Shown: piece after piece, positions 10,104 to 19,639 of the stretch
Position numbering within the stretch: position 1 is the stretch's first letter
Layout of the letters: every line of letters begins with the position of its first letter
NCBI GenBank assembly: GCA_963665615.2
Contig: CAXXQE010000006.1
Span: forward strand, 1 to 64,000
DNA from: Syntrophales bacterium
GTDB taxonomy: Bacteria; Desulfobacterota; Syntrophia; Syntrophales; UBA4778
DNA: 64,000 nucleotides
Direction: 5' to 3'
Translations under genes and position numbers: made by a program
Notes under the pieces: model-generated
Database searches by the model: none
The model's input: only the letters and a program-made list of their open reading frames with translations
What the model was told of the DNA's origin: nothing

Positions 10104-11180
10104 TTAAAATTTATTTTTATATGGCCCCGTCAGAGTCGCCCTGAGATCCATAGATTCGTTGGCTGTCAATCCCACCAGTTCTTCTTTCTCGTCATAAATT
10201 AACCCCATTCCTTCAAACAAGGTATTGCCAGGACTGACGAAAACATCATCTTTGGAGACAGCGACGACATGGTATTTTTTATTCTTGATAGGAATCTCAT
10301 AGTCCCATTCGGACGTTAACCACGTGCCGTCGCATGCCTCAAAATAGTTTTTCTGGTACACGTTAAAATTATCGAAGAATTCGGCGTTACCGCTACACGT
10401 CATATATGAGCCGACCTTGTGTCCGGTCTGAGGGAAGGCATATAAATTTACACGGTCCCCATCAAAGAACCGCATGGAACACCATTCCCATGACTTTGTC
10501 ATATAATCCCCCCATTGACGATCACACCACCCCTCCCCCGTTACTCGAGTCGTTATTTTCTTTCCATGATCATCGGTATAGGAAAGAAGCCCATTTACGT
10601 TTAATGTGGGAATGGAATAATAGAAGCTAGGTTCGTCAGGTGCAGACTCGGCGATCATGCCATTTATTCCAAGTTTATCTCTGTGCCACAGAACTCCTTT
10701 TGTATCCTCGAGTTCGAGCTCGATTTGTTGTCTCGCCGTTTTCCCCCAGATAGCCATCTTAGCACCCAGATACGCCCAACTCATGATGAACCCGTTTGCC
10801 GAGAACTTCATTGTATTATTGTCAGGAGTATAGGCATGCTCCATTTTTGACAGAGCCACTTCGGATATTCTGAGCTTTCTCGAATAGTCTGATAAAGCAA
10901 AGCTACAGCTATAGAGCCCCGGACCGCTGTTACGATCAAATCCCCATAACTGAAGATAATTTGAACCGGCACTATGCAGGAGTATGAGATGTTGAAAAAG
11001 TTTATTACCATTTTCATCATCGAGAATATTTGTGAGATACCACCACTCAAATGTTTTCTCTGTCTGGGCTTTGTGTGGTGACCACTCTTCGTAAGATGTA
11101 CCGTGCTCACCGGTTGTGACGTTATATGCTCTATACATTTCTATCATTTCGGCTCCCTTCTGATTCGATCTGTTCTTCAA
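10104..11180 (-). CDS. CrtC/AttH-type lipocalin-like domain protein (putative hydratase/cyclase); true start may be ~11147
   Basis: EWWY, SFYYSIP, GEGWCDRQWG, WEW motifs. Confidence 0.7.
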   Translation of the reverse strand: MKNRSNQKGAEMIEMYRAYNVTTGEHGTSYEEWSPHKAQTEKTFEWWYLTNILDDENGNKLFQHLILLHSAGSNYLQLWGFDRNSGPGLYSCSFALSDYSRKLRISEVALSKMEHAYTPDNNTMKFSANGFIMSWAYLGAKMAIWGKTARQQIELELEDTKGVLWHRDKLGINGMIAESAPDEPSFYYSIPTLNVNGLLSYTDDHGKKITTRVTGEGWCDRQWGDYMTKSWEWCSMRFFDGDRVNLYAFPQTGHKVGSYMTCSGNAEFFDNFNVYQKNYFEACDGTWLTSEWDYEIPIKNKKYHVVAVSKDDVFVSPGNTLFEGMGLIYDEKEELVGLTANESMDLRATLTGPYKNKF

Positions 11181-11264
11181 GTGCCACTATTTTCACATCC
11201 CTTTTCATTGCTTACGATTTATTCTTGTGTGCTTAAATTCCGTACGAGCCATTCTTTTTATACC

Positions 11265-12389
11265 TCATTCAGTGCCACCCGGTTTATGCTCCGAGGGCGT
11301 TTTGAACATATTCTTATACGGCGCAAGTTCCGCCATTACCTCCTTTTGCGATTTCACCGACCAATTGATATCCGATGGCTTGAATTGCTGTGCCTCTTTC
11401 TTCTCCATAAGACTCAACGCTTTCGCAGGACATTTCGTTACACACAGACCACAGCCCAAGCACCTGTCCAAATTGATCTCGGCAATATCGTTCATACTTA
11501 TTGTAATGGCCTCCATAACACATCGGCCAACGCACGTCGCACAACCTGTACATAAATCTCCGTCGATCACCGCGTAATAATTCGAGTCAGACCACTCAAC
11601 CGGTCGTGCATGCAATTTCTTTTGGTTAATTTCAAAACAAGACTTTCCGCAATTGCATATATTTCTGATCGGATCTACGGGGCCTACCTGCGGAATAAAA
11701 CCCTTCTCTTCACACTCATCGAGTATTTTCATGCACTCTTCACGAGTGATGTACCTGCCAAAACCGCCCTGTACCATCACGTCGCTATCAGGCCCAAGGG
11801 TGAGACATCTTTCGAGTGGCTCTACGGTTTCTCTGCCCATTGCCCTGTGGAGGGCATCACAAGGGCACGGCACAACGGCTATCCGCTCGGCCTCGTTAAC
11901 TGCCCTTTTTACGTCGTCATAGGAGGCAACTGATGATGGCTTCGCATTGATGGACTCCATAACAGGGATTGGTCTGAGAATGGGATATTTCAGTCTCTCC
12001 AGGGCAACATTCAAGTATTGATCTGCCAGTTCAGCTGTCTCTTTGTCGTTAGCTTTATAAGATCCAAGCATTGCCGCCCATTCGCCGAAACCAGGAATAT
12101 AAGGAAGGGGAAAGTAGCTCGGTGGATCTGTTGGAATGCGCGCCACAATGGCCTTCACGGCCATGCCATCAAGTATGGGTTGGACTTCACTCGGATTACG
12201 ACTGAGACGTTTTGCAATCACGGGAAGCGGCTCAGTCCTGTTATCAAGCGCTATAAAGACCTTTGCTTCCTCTTCAGAGAAAAGCCTTTTCAACAGCTTA
12301 ATTTCCACACCTGATTCGGTGGCATAAAAACCTGCCCCTAATCGGTCAACTTGCTCTCTCAAACAAATCCACAAATCCTTTTCTGTCAT
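11265..12389 (-). CDS. 4Fe-4S dicluster protein, paralog 1
   Basis: LLKRLFSEEEA N-terminal domain; PCPC, ERC, CNCGKSC; CTGCATCVGRC and CLGCGLCVTKC. Confidence 0.85.
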   Translation of the reverse strand: MTEKDLWICLREQVDRLGAGFYATESGVEIKLLKRLFSEEEAKVFIALDNRTEPLPVIAKRLSRNPSEVQPILDGMAVKAIVARIPTDPPSYFPLPYIPGFGEWAAMLGSYKANDKETAELADQYLNVALERLKYPILRPIPVMESINAKPSSVASYDDVKRAVNEAERIAVVPCPCDALHRAMGRETVEPLERCLTLGPDSDVMVQGGFGRYITREECMKILDECEEKGFIPQVGPVDPIRNICNCGKSCFEINQKKLHARPVEWSDSNYYAVIDGDLCTGCATCVGRCVMEAITISMNDIAEINLDRCLGCGLCVTKCPAKALSLMEKKEAQQFKPSDINWSVKSQKEVMAELAPYKNMFKTPSEHKPGGTE

Positions 12390-12443
12390 ATTGCACTCCA
12401 GTCCGCTGAATATTACCGAATGTATACCTGGCGCGTTACCCTC

Positions 12444-13541
12444 TCATAGCGGCTTTATCTCATCCATGTATGGCATGAGTTCGGCTATAATGTCGCTTTC
12501 TGATTTTGAGGACCAATGTTTGTCCGTCGGCGTACATTGCTGTGATTTGTCCTTTAGCCGGATTTTAATTGCCTCCGTGGGACACTTTGTTACGCATAAC
12601 CCGCAGCCTACGCACCTGTTCAAGTTCAACTCGGGCAGTCCTTCGTTGTTTATCGTCAAAGCATCCATTACACATCGATCGACACAGATTGAACATCCGG
12701 TGCACAGAGCCCTATCAACTACAGCATAATAATTTGAGCCCGCCTCAAGTCCTGCGTTGCCTCGCATTTTTTTTTGTTTTATTTCATAGCAATTCTTACC
12801 GCACGTGCAGACGTAAACAGGGGATTCAAAGGGCGCCACACTCACAACAAGATCCGACTCATCACACTTATCAAGAATTGCCATAGCCTCTTCATAGGTA
12901 GTCTCTCTGCCGCCATGCTCGATGGCGAAGGCTGCAGCACCTGCTCCAATTTGGAAACATCGTTCGAGGGGCCTATCAGAAATATCTCTTCCCATGTCCT
13001 TGTGGTGCAAGTCGCAGGCGCAGGGGGATACCGCCAGTCTATCAGCACTCTTCATGATCCTTCTTATATCGTCATAAGATGATATCGTTGCATCCCCCGA
13101 GACGGACTTCATAACGGGGATCGGTCGCAAGATTGATCCATGGAGCCTTTCCTCGCCTTCTTTCCAATACTGTTCCATGATTTCTGCTGTTTCCTTGTCC
13201 TTTTCAATGTGGGCAAGGATCATACCTGTCCATTCACAGAAACCCGGAACAAAGGGCGATGGGAAGTAGCATGGCGGATTCATGGGGACACGCGATACCG
13301 TTCCCTTCCTGGCCATCTCATCAAGTATTTTCATGACTTCTTCACGAGGACGGTTCATACGATTCGATATGAGATCAAGCGGCTCAGCCTTGTCATAAAG
13401 CGACACATAAGTTTTTGCCTCTTCTTCCGTGAAAAGTCTTTTCAGCAAGTCGATTTCAATACCCGATTCGGTTGTGTAGAAACCTGCCCCCAGGCCGGCC
13501 ACTTTCTCCCTCAATTCAATCCACAAATTCTTTTCTTCCAC
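12444..13541 (-). CDS. 4Fe-4S dicluster protein, paralog 2
   Basis: Same architecture: LLKRLFTEEEA, PCAC, CTCGKNC, CTGCSICVDRC, CVGCGLCVTKC. Confidence 0.85.
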   Translation of the reverse strand: MEEKNLWIELREKVAGLGAGFYTTESGIEIDLLKRLFTEEEAKTYVSLYDKAEPLDLISNRMNRPREEVMKILDEMARKGTVSRVPMNPPCYFPSPFVPGFCEWTGMILAHIEKDKETAEIMEQYWKEGEERLHGSILRPIPVMKSVSGDATISSYDDIRRIMKSADRLAVSPCACDLHHKDMGRDISDRPLERCFQIGAGAAAFAIEHGGRETTYEEAMAILDKCDESDLVVSVAPFESPVYVCTCGKNCYEIKQKKMRGNAGLEAGSNYYAVVDRALCTGCSICVDRCVMDALTINNEGLPELNLNRCVGCGLCVTKCPTEAIKIRLKDKSQQCTPTDKHWSSKSESDIIAELMPYMDEIKPL

Positions 13542-13642
13542 GGTTGCTCCTTGTGCTTACTGGCATCCATTTCTATTAACGTCCATTTCCTTCCACAGAG
13601 AAGTAAACATGATACTGTCATGGATTCCTTATATCTATTTTT

Positions 13643-14650
13643 TCATTCAATCTTGAACCATACATCACCCAGTTGAACCGTGGGAATGTATCCAGGCTGT
13701 GATTTACGGGCATTGTGTCGAGGAATTCCATCAGTAAAGCGTTTAAATTCGGTTTCTGCTTTTTTCGCATCCATTGCGGCGAGAGCCGCAATTTTTCCGG
13801 AGATCAGTGCGCCAGTGATTCCAAAATTAAGGGCCGGCTCCATAAATCCAGCAGCAGTGCCCGCAAGGATGAATCCACGATGATAAAGCTTCGCTTCGCT
13901 GGGGATATGACCCCTAAAGGGGCGCCATTTGTCAAACGTACGCCCCTCTGTTACTTTGAGTATTTCTTTGAACTTCTCAAGATTTTCATTCGTAACTTTT
14001 TGATAATCCCAGAGCAATATATACCAGATGCCATTCATTGCACCTGAATATCCGTATCCCAGCGGGCTGACAAAAGACCCCCGATAATCAGCAGCTGACA
14101 CGAAATACCTTTCAATTTCCGCATACGCCCAGTTTCCTTTAACAATGCTATATTTAAGACCGAGCCAATCATATACGCCTGTGGAAAGTCCCGTGGCTAT
14201 GATTGTTCCCTGTGGTATGCTTTCAATCTCCCGCTCACTGAATCGTTTATTCAGTTCAAAGTTTACACCTTCCTTTTCTGCAATTCTAAAAAGTATGCTG
14301 TCCAGTGATGAATCCCTCGGACCACGTTCCGTATTGTAAAAGTTTTCAAAGGGCGACTCGGCGAGAGCCACTTCTTCTGTATCAACAAAATGTTTTTGAG
14401 TGTCCAGTGTGTAGGCAAAGGCCTCTGACAAATCAATTCCGATATACTCCCATAGTCCGGGGAGTGCCAGCGGTGATCCGTGGATTGAGGGGTGCCACCC
14501 AGGATCCCCACCAATCCGCTCTTGACTTTCCTGCACCGTCACATAATATCCTTCACGATTCAGGTTTATCGCGGCGACCAGTCCGGCAGGCCCGGCTCCG
14601 ATCACTAGTTTCTCTTTTCTAACAGTCTTCATTAGTGACTCCTTCTTCAT
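13643..14650 (-). CDS. NAD(P)/FAD-dependent oxidoreductase (geranylgeranyl-reductase-like)
   Basis: VIGAGPAG Rossmann motif; LAGTAAGFMEPALNFGITGALISGKIAA resembles the C-terminal motif of GG-reductase-like flavoproteins. Confidence 0.75.
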   Translation of the reverse strand: MKKESLMKTVRKEKLVIGAGPAGLVAAINLNREGYYVTVQESQERIGGDPGWHPSIHGSPLALPGLWEYIGIDLSEAFAYTLDTQKHFVDTEEVALAESPFENFYNTERGPRDSSLDSILFRIAEKEGVNFELNKRFSEREIESIPQGTIIATGLSTGVYDWLGLKYSIVKGNWAYAEIERYFVSAADYRGSFVSPLGYGYSGAMNGIWYILLWDYQKVTNENLEKFKEILKVTEGRTFDKWRPFRGHIPSEAKLYHRGFILAGTAAGFMEPALNFGITGALISGKIAALAAMDAKKAETEFKRFTDGIPRHNARKSQPGYIPTVQLGDVWFKIE

Positions 14651-14695
14651 TGATCATGATATTTTGAGATAGTACTTGTTAATTTTGTCACTAAT

Positions 14696-17101
14696 TCATC
14701 CCAATTTCTTATTCAGCATGAAATAGGATAATGCAGGAATAAGAATCAGAGCACCGATCATATTCCACAGAAACATGAAAGTAAGCAGGATCCCCATATC
14801 AGCCTGAAATTTAATGGGTGACCAAGCCCAGGTAATAACAGCAGCGGCCATAGTCAGTCCAACCAACCAGACAACCTTGCCGGTAAACCGTAACGACTTC
14901 TGGTATGCTACTTTCAGTGTAGAACCTGATCGCTGATAGGTGATTTGCACTGCAAGTATATATAAAGCATAGTCCACACCGATCCCTACTCCCAATGCCA
15001 CAACAGGCAAGGTAGCAACTTTTATACCGATGCCGAGCATCGCCATGATGGCTTCGCACAGAATAGACGTCATGATCAACGGTATCAAAGTAATAATAGT
15101 AGCGCGCCAACTCCGATACGTAATATAACAAAGAATAGCAACAATCGCATAGACCCAGAGCATCATAATGCGGTTCATTTTTTTAACAACCACATTCGTA
15201 GCAGCTTCAATACCTGACGTACCTGCCGCAAGGAGAAACTGTCTATTTCCATCGCTGTGAGCTTTCGCAAATTCTTCAGCGACCTTTGCCACTCTATCGA
15301 GCGTTACAGCTTTATGGTCGGTCAGATAAGCGATAACCGGGGATACAGAGAGATTACTGTTGATGAGTTCTGGGTTGTTCTCAATACACCGACCCGCAGC
15401 GTAATTTAGTATGTCTTGGTTCGGGGAAACAGACAGCCACTTAGGACTTCCATCATAGGTACCGGACGTAACCATGCCCACATTGTCGGCCAGAGAACTG
15501 ACACCCTGTACACCTGTAACATGTTTGAGTGCCCAAGCCAGGCGTTCGATCTCTATTAACGAGGGATATTGAATAATCCCATTAGCGGGTGTCTTCACGA
15601 TCACCGCAAACTGATCGCTTGAAAACCCATAATTTTCATTTACAAAGGCAACGTCGCGGTTATAGATTGAGTTCTGCCGAAGCTCTGGTGCACCTGGATT
15701 CACATCTCCGATCTGAAGGTTGCGGGCTACAATCAATCCAAAAACGGTAAGAAAAGCAGCCGCAGAGATAGTCGCTATGGCCCAGCGTCGCTCTGTAAAA
15801 TGATCGATCAATGCCCATAATTTACCATATCCTTTCCCCTGACTTTCTGACGCTTCTTCTGAAATGCTATGTCTTGCGGCCGAAGGACTTACCCCCACAT
15901 AGGAAAGGACTATAGGCAGGAAAATAAGCTTTGAAAATACGAGAATGGCCACCCCAATGCTAGCAGTCATTACCAGGTTTCTGATGACAGGAATATCAAT
16001 GAGCATCAGCACTGCAAAACTAACGGCATCGGCCAGGATTGCCGTAAGCCCTGCAGTAAAAAGCCTCCGGAAGGTATAGCGGGCTGCGATATACTTGTGT
16101 GTGCCCCTCCCTATATCCTGCATGATGCCGTTCATTCTCTGGGCGCCATGGGATGCGCCAATGGCAAAGACGAGGAATGGCACGAGGACCTGATAGGGAT
16201 CGAGTTCATAGCCCAGTGCAGCAACAATGCCAAGCTGCCATAGCACCGCCATAAGTGAGCAGACAATCAACGAAACCGTGCTGCGGATGCAATGAGTGTA
16301 GAGATAAATGACGACGCCGCTGATTACCACCGCAAGCCCGAAAAATAAAAGCATGAGCTGGATGCCGTCAATCAAGTTTCCAACAATTTTTCCAAAGCCT
16401 GTAATGTGGATCTTGATCTTTCCTTTGCCGGCTGACTCGAATTTTTGGCGGATGTCCTCTGTCTGCTTTGATAAGCGGGCATAATCAATGCCTTTGCCGG
16501 TTTTTGGATCGCTGTCCATAAGCGGAATAAAGACCATTGAGGATTTAAAATTCTGCGCCACGATTTTGTTAATTACATCGGAGCGGGCAATGTTGTTCCT
16601 GAGTTGTTCCAGGCTTTCCGGAGAACCATTGTAGTTCGGCGGCATGACAGGCCCGCCCACAAAACCCTCTTCGGTGACCTCGGTCCAACGTACGACAGGC
16701 GTCCACAGGGATTTCATCCAAGCACGATCTACGCCATCCATGAGATACGCCGCATCATTGATCTGCATCAGCAGATCGAGATAGACCGGATCAAAAATAT
16801 CAGCGCTGTTCGTCTCCACAGTAATATAGAGCGCATTTCCCAAACCGCGGAGATCATTTTTGTTTGCCAGGTAATTCTGAATATAGGGATGACTCTGAGG
16901 GATCATCCTTTCGAAGTTCGCATTTAAAACGAGCTTGGTCGCCATATAACCCAATAAAATCGTCAGGAGGGCGCACCCAATAACAATATACAACCGATAA
17001 TTGAATGTGATCCGTTCGAGCAGAACCCCAGATGAGCGGTCGAAATCCTTTAGATCACGTATTACCGGATAATCGTCTATTCTATCATCTAGCTCCTTCA
17101 T
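14696..17101 (-). CDS. RND/MMPL-family transporter
   Basis: 801 aa, two sets of hydrophobic segments, GVGIGVDYALY, SPIKFQADMG; position in DUF1302-DUF1329-YCF48-RND cassette. Confidence 0.9.
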   Translation of the reverse strand: MKELDDRIDDYPVIRDLKDFDRSSGVLLERITFNYRLYIVIGCALLTILLGYMATKLVLNANFERMIPQSHPYIQNYLANKNDLRGLGNALYITVETNSADIFDPVYLDLLMQINDAAYLMDGVDRAWMKSLWTPVVRWTEVTEEGFVGGPVMPPNYNGSPESLEQLRNNIARSDVINKIVAQNFKSSMVFIPLMDSDPKTGKGIDYARLSKQTEDIRQKFESAGKGKIKIHITGFGKIVGNLIDGIQLMLLFFGLAVVISGVVIYLYTHCIRSTVSLIVCSLMAVLWQLGIVAALGYELDPYQVLVPFLVFAIGASHGAQRMNGIMQDIGRGTHKYIAARYTFRRLFTAGLTAILADAVSFAVLMLIDIPVIRNLVMTASIGVAILVFSKLIFLPIVLSYVGVSPSAARHSISEEASESQGKGYGKLWALIDHFTERRWAIATISAAAFLTVFGLIVARNLQIGDVNPGAPELRQNSIYNRDVAFVNENYGFSSDQFAVIVKTPANGIIQYPSLIEIERLAWALKHVTGVQGVSSLADNVGMVTSGTYDGSPKWLSVSPNQDILNYAAGRCIENNPELINSNLSVSPVIAYLTDHKAVTLDRVAKVAEEFAKAHSDGNRQFLLAAGTSGIEAATNVVVKKMNRIMMLWVYAIVAILCYITYRSWRATIITLIPLIMTSILCEAIMAMLGIGIKVATLPVVALGVGIGVDYALYILAVQITYQRSGSTLKVAYQKSLRFTGKVVWLVGLTMAAAVITWAWSPIKFQADMGILLTFMFLWNMIGALILIPALSYFMLNKKLG

Positions 17102-18207
17102 GTTCCCGCCTGCCTTCCATTTTCTTTTCCAACGCGGATATTCCGTACATTGACGCCGAACAAACCGCCAATAGCCACCTTATTTTTTCCAATTGAAGTC
17201 ACTGTCGTTGCAGGAAACTTCTGGTCATTAATAATAAGACGGAAGCTTGCCCCATTGTCGCTGCTTCCAATCACCTGTCCTCCCTGGCTCACCAAAACGA
17301 TAAGCCCATTTTCCATAATGGTTCCTCCAGTGAGGCCGACATTCACGCCGGTCTCTATCTTCTGCCAATTATGGCCGCCGTCAATACTCTTGAAAGCATT
17401 ACCGCGCAAGCCAAAGGCAATCACCGTTTGCGTATTCCCGATGATTCCGAAAAAGCTACCATTATAGGGAACATTCATCCGCCGAAACATTCCTGTCATA
17501 TTATCAAATTTAAGGACCAGCCCCTGTTCTCCTGCGATAAAGACGTCCTTTCCTATTCGCCTTATCGAATAGAGGTGCAGAAAATTAGGGTTTTCTGTAC
17601 GGTCAAGCCATGGCTCCCAGCTTTTACCGCCATCATTCGTTTTGAAGATGAAATTGAAAGCTCCGACAATGAATCCCGTCGATTCGTTTTCGAACCAGAC
17701 GTCAAGGAAGGGCTTGTCCGCCCCTTGCTTCAAAAATAGATCGATTTCTTTTTTGAAACGCGCACTATCCACCCCCGGTAATAGTTTATATGGATTTTTC
17801 TCATAGTATGCAGCTATTAACTTAGCGGCTGCATGACCATCCAACTGCTTCACCCACGTGGAACCGCCATCACTACTGTGCAGTACGATACCCTCGTGTC
17901 CTATGGCCCATCCTTTTTGCGGTGTGGGGAAATATGCCGAGACAAGGTCACAACTGACAGGCACTCGAGCCTGCTTCCAGTTATTCCCTTCATCGTCCGA
18001 ATAGATGATATGGCCCTTATGGCCAACAAAGACAACACGTCTTCCGGCAATGGTTGCACCGTTGAGCAGTGTCTTTGCTGCCAACGGGCTTTGCATTGCC
18101 GGGGTATCAATGACATCTCGATAGCCAAAGACCGATGGGCAGCACATCAGAGCGATGATACATACTACTGATGCAATCAATCTATTTTTACCTTTCATGT
18201 TTCTCAA
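17098..18207 (-). CDS. YCF48/BNR-repeat beta-propeller periplasmic protein
   Basis: Signal peptide; repeated Asp-box motifs SDDEGNNW, SSDGGSTW, TNDGGKSW, SIDGGHNW, SSDNGASF. Confidence 0.9.
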   Translation of the reverse strand: MRNMKGKNRLIASVVCIIALMCCPSVFGYRDVIDTPAMQSPLAAKTLLNGATIAGRRVVFVGHKGHIIYSDDEGNNWKQARVPVSCDLVSAYFPTPQKGWAIGHEGIVLHSSDGGSTWVKQLDGHAAAKLIAAYYEKNPYKLLPGVDSARFKKEIDLFLKQGADKPFLDVWFENESTGFIVGAFNFIFKTNDGGKSWEPWLDRTENPNFLHLYSIRRIGKDVFIAGEQGLVLKFDNMTGMFRRMNVPYNGSFFGIIGNTQTVIAFGLRGNAFKSIDGGHNWQKIETGVNVGLTGGTIMENGLIVLVSQGGQVIGSSDNGASFRLIINDQKFPATTVTSIGKNKVAIGGLFGVNVRNIRVGKENGRQAGT

Positions 18208-18275
18208 TACCTTTCTACGCTGAAACAGTATGGTGCCCGCTGAAAAGTACTTTCAGGGGCACCATGATCGAAGCC

Positions 18276-19628
18276 TTAGCGAATACCCCGCGCCGACATT
18301 GCCTCAGGACTGTAATATGTCTTGGAACGCCGCTTGTCGCTTACTTTCACAGAATTCATACCCGGCTGCCACATACTGGCGAAATAAAGTCCGCCTATCA
18401 TGTCATACCATATATTACAGTCGTTCCAGGTGCCGCCCAAATTATAGAACGGCGTCATAGCAGAAAAACCAACCTTGAATATGTTTCCCTGTGCATCGTA
18501 TGTTTCAGTAGCCAAAATATTCCAGCTATCTTCGTCTACATAGAAACGTCTCGTGCGGTAGACATGGCGCTTACCCGGTTTCAATTTTGCTTCCACAATC
18601 CATACCCGGTGGAGTTCAAAACGCAAAGAACCGGGATTAAGGAACTTGGGCATAAGATCTTCTTTTTTGCCCCCAAATGCCGCCCTGTAAGCATTATATG
18701 GAACATACATCTCTTTCTTTCCTAGGAGCTTCCAGTCATAGCGCTCCATCGATCCGTTATACATATAGGTATCATCGTACAGGACAACCCCGGCTGTGGC
18801 CAAATTCGGTGTATCGAAAGCGACTTCCGGCGCTAACTTTACTCTGCGCTGCCCCGGAAGATACATCCAGGCCTTACGCGGCACCTCGCCCGGGTTAACT
18901 GCATCGTGAACCACCATTATTTGTCCGGCAAGGCGGGGAGGAGCGGAAAATTCAACAATAAAATAATATACATAATCTTCGTTTGAATTTACGTCCCAGT
19001 ATGGAAAATCATACTCCGTAATGGACTTGCCGGTAGCCGTGGGTCTGCCGCTCCTGTCTACCAAATAACCATCGACATCCTCCGTATAGCCAATGCCTTT
19101 ATATCCCACTAAATGATTCCACATAACTTCCATACCGGTCTTCGGGATAGGAAACGGGTAACCAGCATGTGCATCTCTCAAAGAGATCCCCTCATTAGCG
19201 GTCCGTGCCTTCGTAGCAAGCTTTACGGTATTGTCCAGAACCCACTGTGGGTACCAGACTGTTCGGTGTGTCTTATAAACATCAATCCGGAAGTCCGGGT
19301 GCTGCTTCAATACCGCTTTCGTCCCTTCAGTCAGCTTGAATTCATACTGGGCCATATTCTTCGCGTTTATCGACAAAACGGGCTTCTCTTCGGCAAAAGG
19401 ATCAGGGAGTTTTCCTGTTTTTGGATCATAGCCAGCAGGAAGTTTTTTGAGCCCCCCAGTGTATTCGGGGATCGTTCCGTCTGCATTGCCCGCTTTTTGG
19501 GCACCGATAAGCGTCAGTGTCTTCCCTAGCTGCGCTGCTTCTTCAGAGCTGATTGCCGCGAACGAAAGCCCGCCATATGTCATCACAAACAATGCAATCA
19601 ATATCTTGATACATTTACGCTTCATCAT
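18276..19628 (-). CDS. DUF1329 family exported protein
   Basis: LGKTLTLIGAQKAGNADGTIPEYTGG, PFPIPKTG, AWMYLPGQRRVKLAP, RFELHRVWIVEA; start moved to ATG after GAGGAG. Confidence 0.9.
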   Translation of the reverse strand: MMKRKCIKILIALFVMTYGGLSFAAISSEEAAQLGKTLTLIGAQKAGNADGTIPEYTGGLKKLPAGYDPKTGKLPDPFAEEKPVLSINAKNMAQYEFKLTEGTKAVLKQHPDFRIDVYKTHRTVWYPQWVLDNTVKLATKARTANEGISLRDAHAGYPFPIPKTGMEVMWNHLVGYKGIGYTEDVDGYLVDRSGRPTATGKSITEYDFPYWDVNSNEDYVYYFIVEFSAPPRLAGQIMVVHDAVNPGEVPRKAWMYLPGQRRVKLAPEVAFDTPNLATAGVVLYDDTYMYNGSMERYDWKLLGKKEMYVPYNAYRAAFGGKKEDLMPKFLNPGSLRFELHRVWIVEAKLKPGKRHVYRTRRFYVDEDSWNILATETYDAQGNIFKVGFSAMTPFYNLGGTWNDCNIWYDMIGGLYFASMWQPGMNSVKVSDKRRSKTYYSPEAMSARGIR

Positions 19629-19639
19629 CGCTTCTCCTC

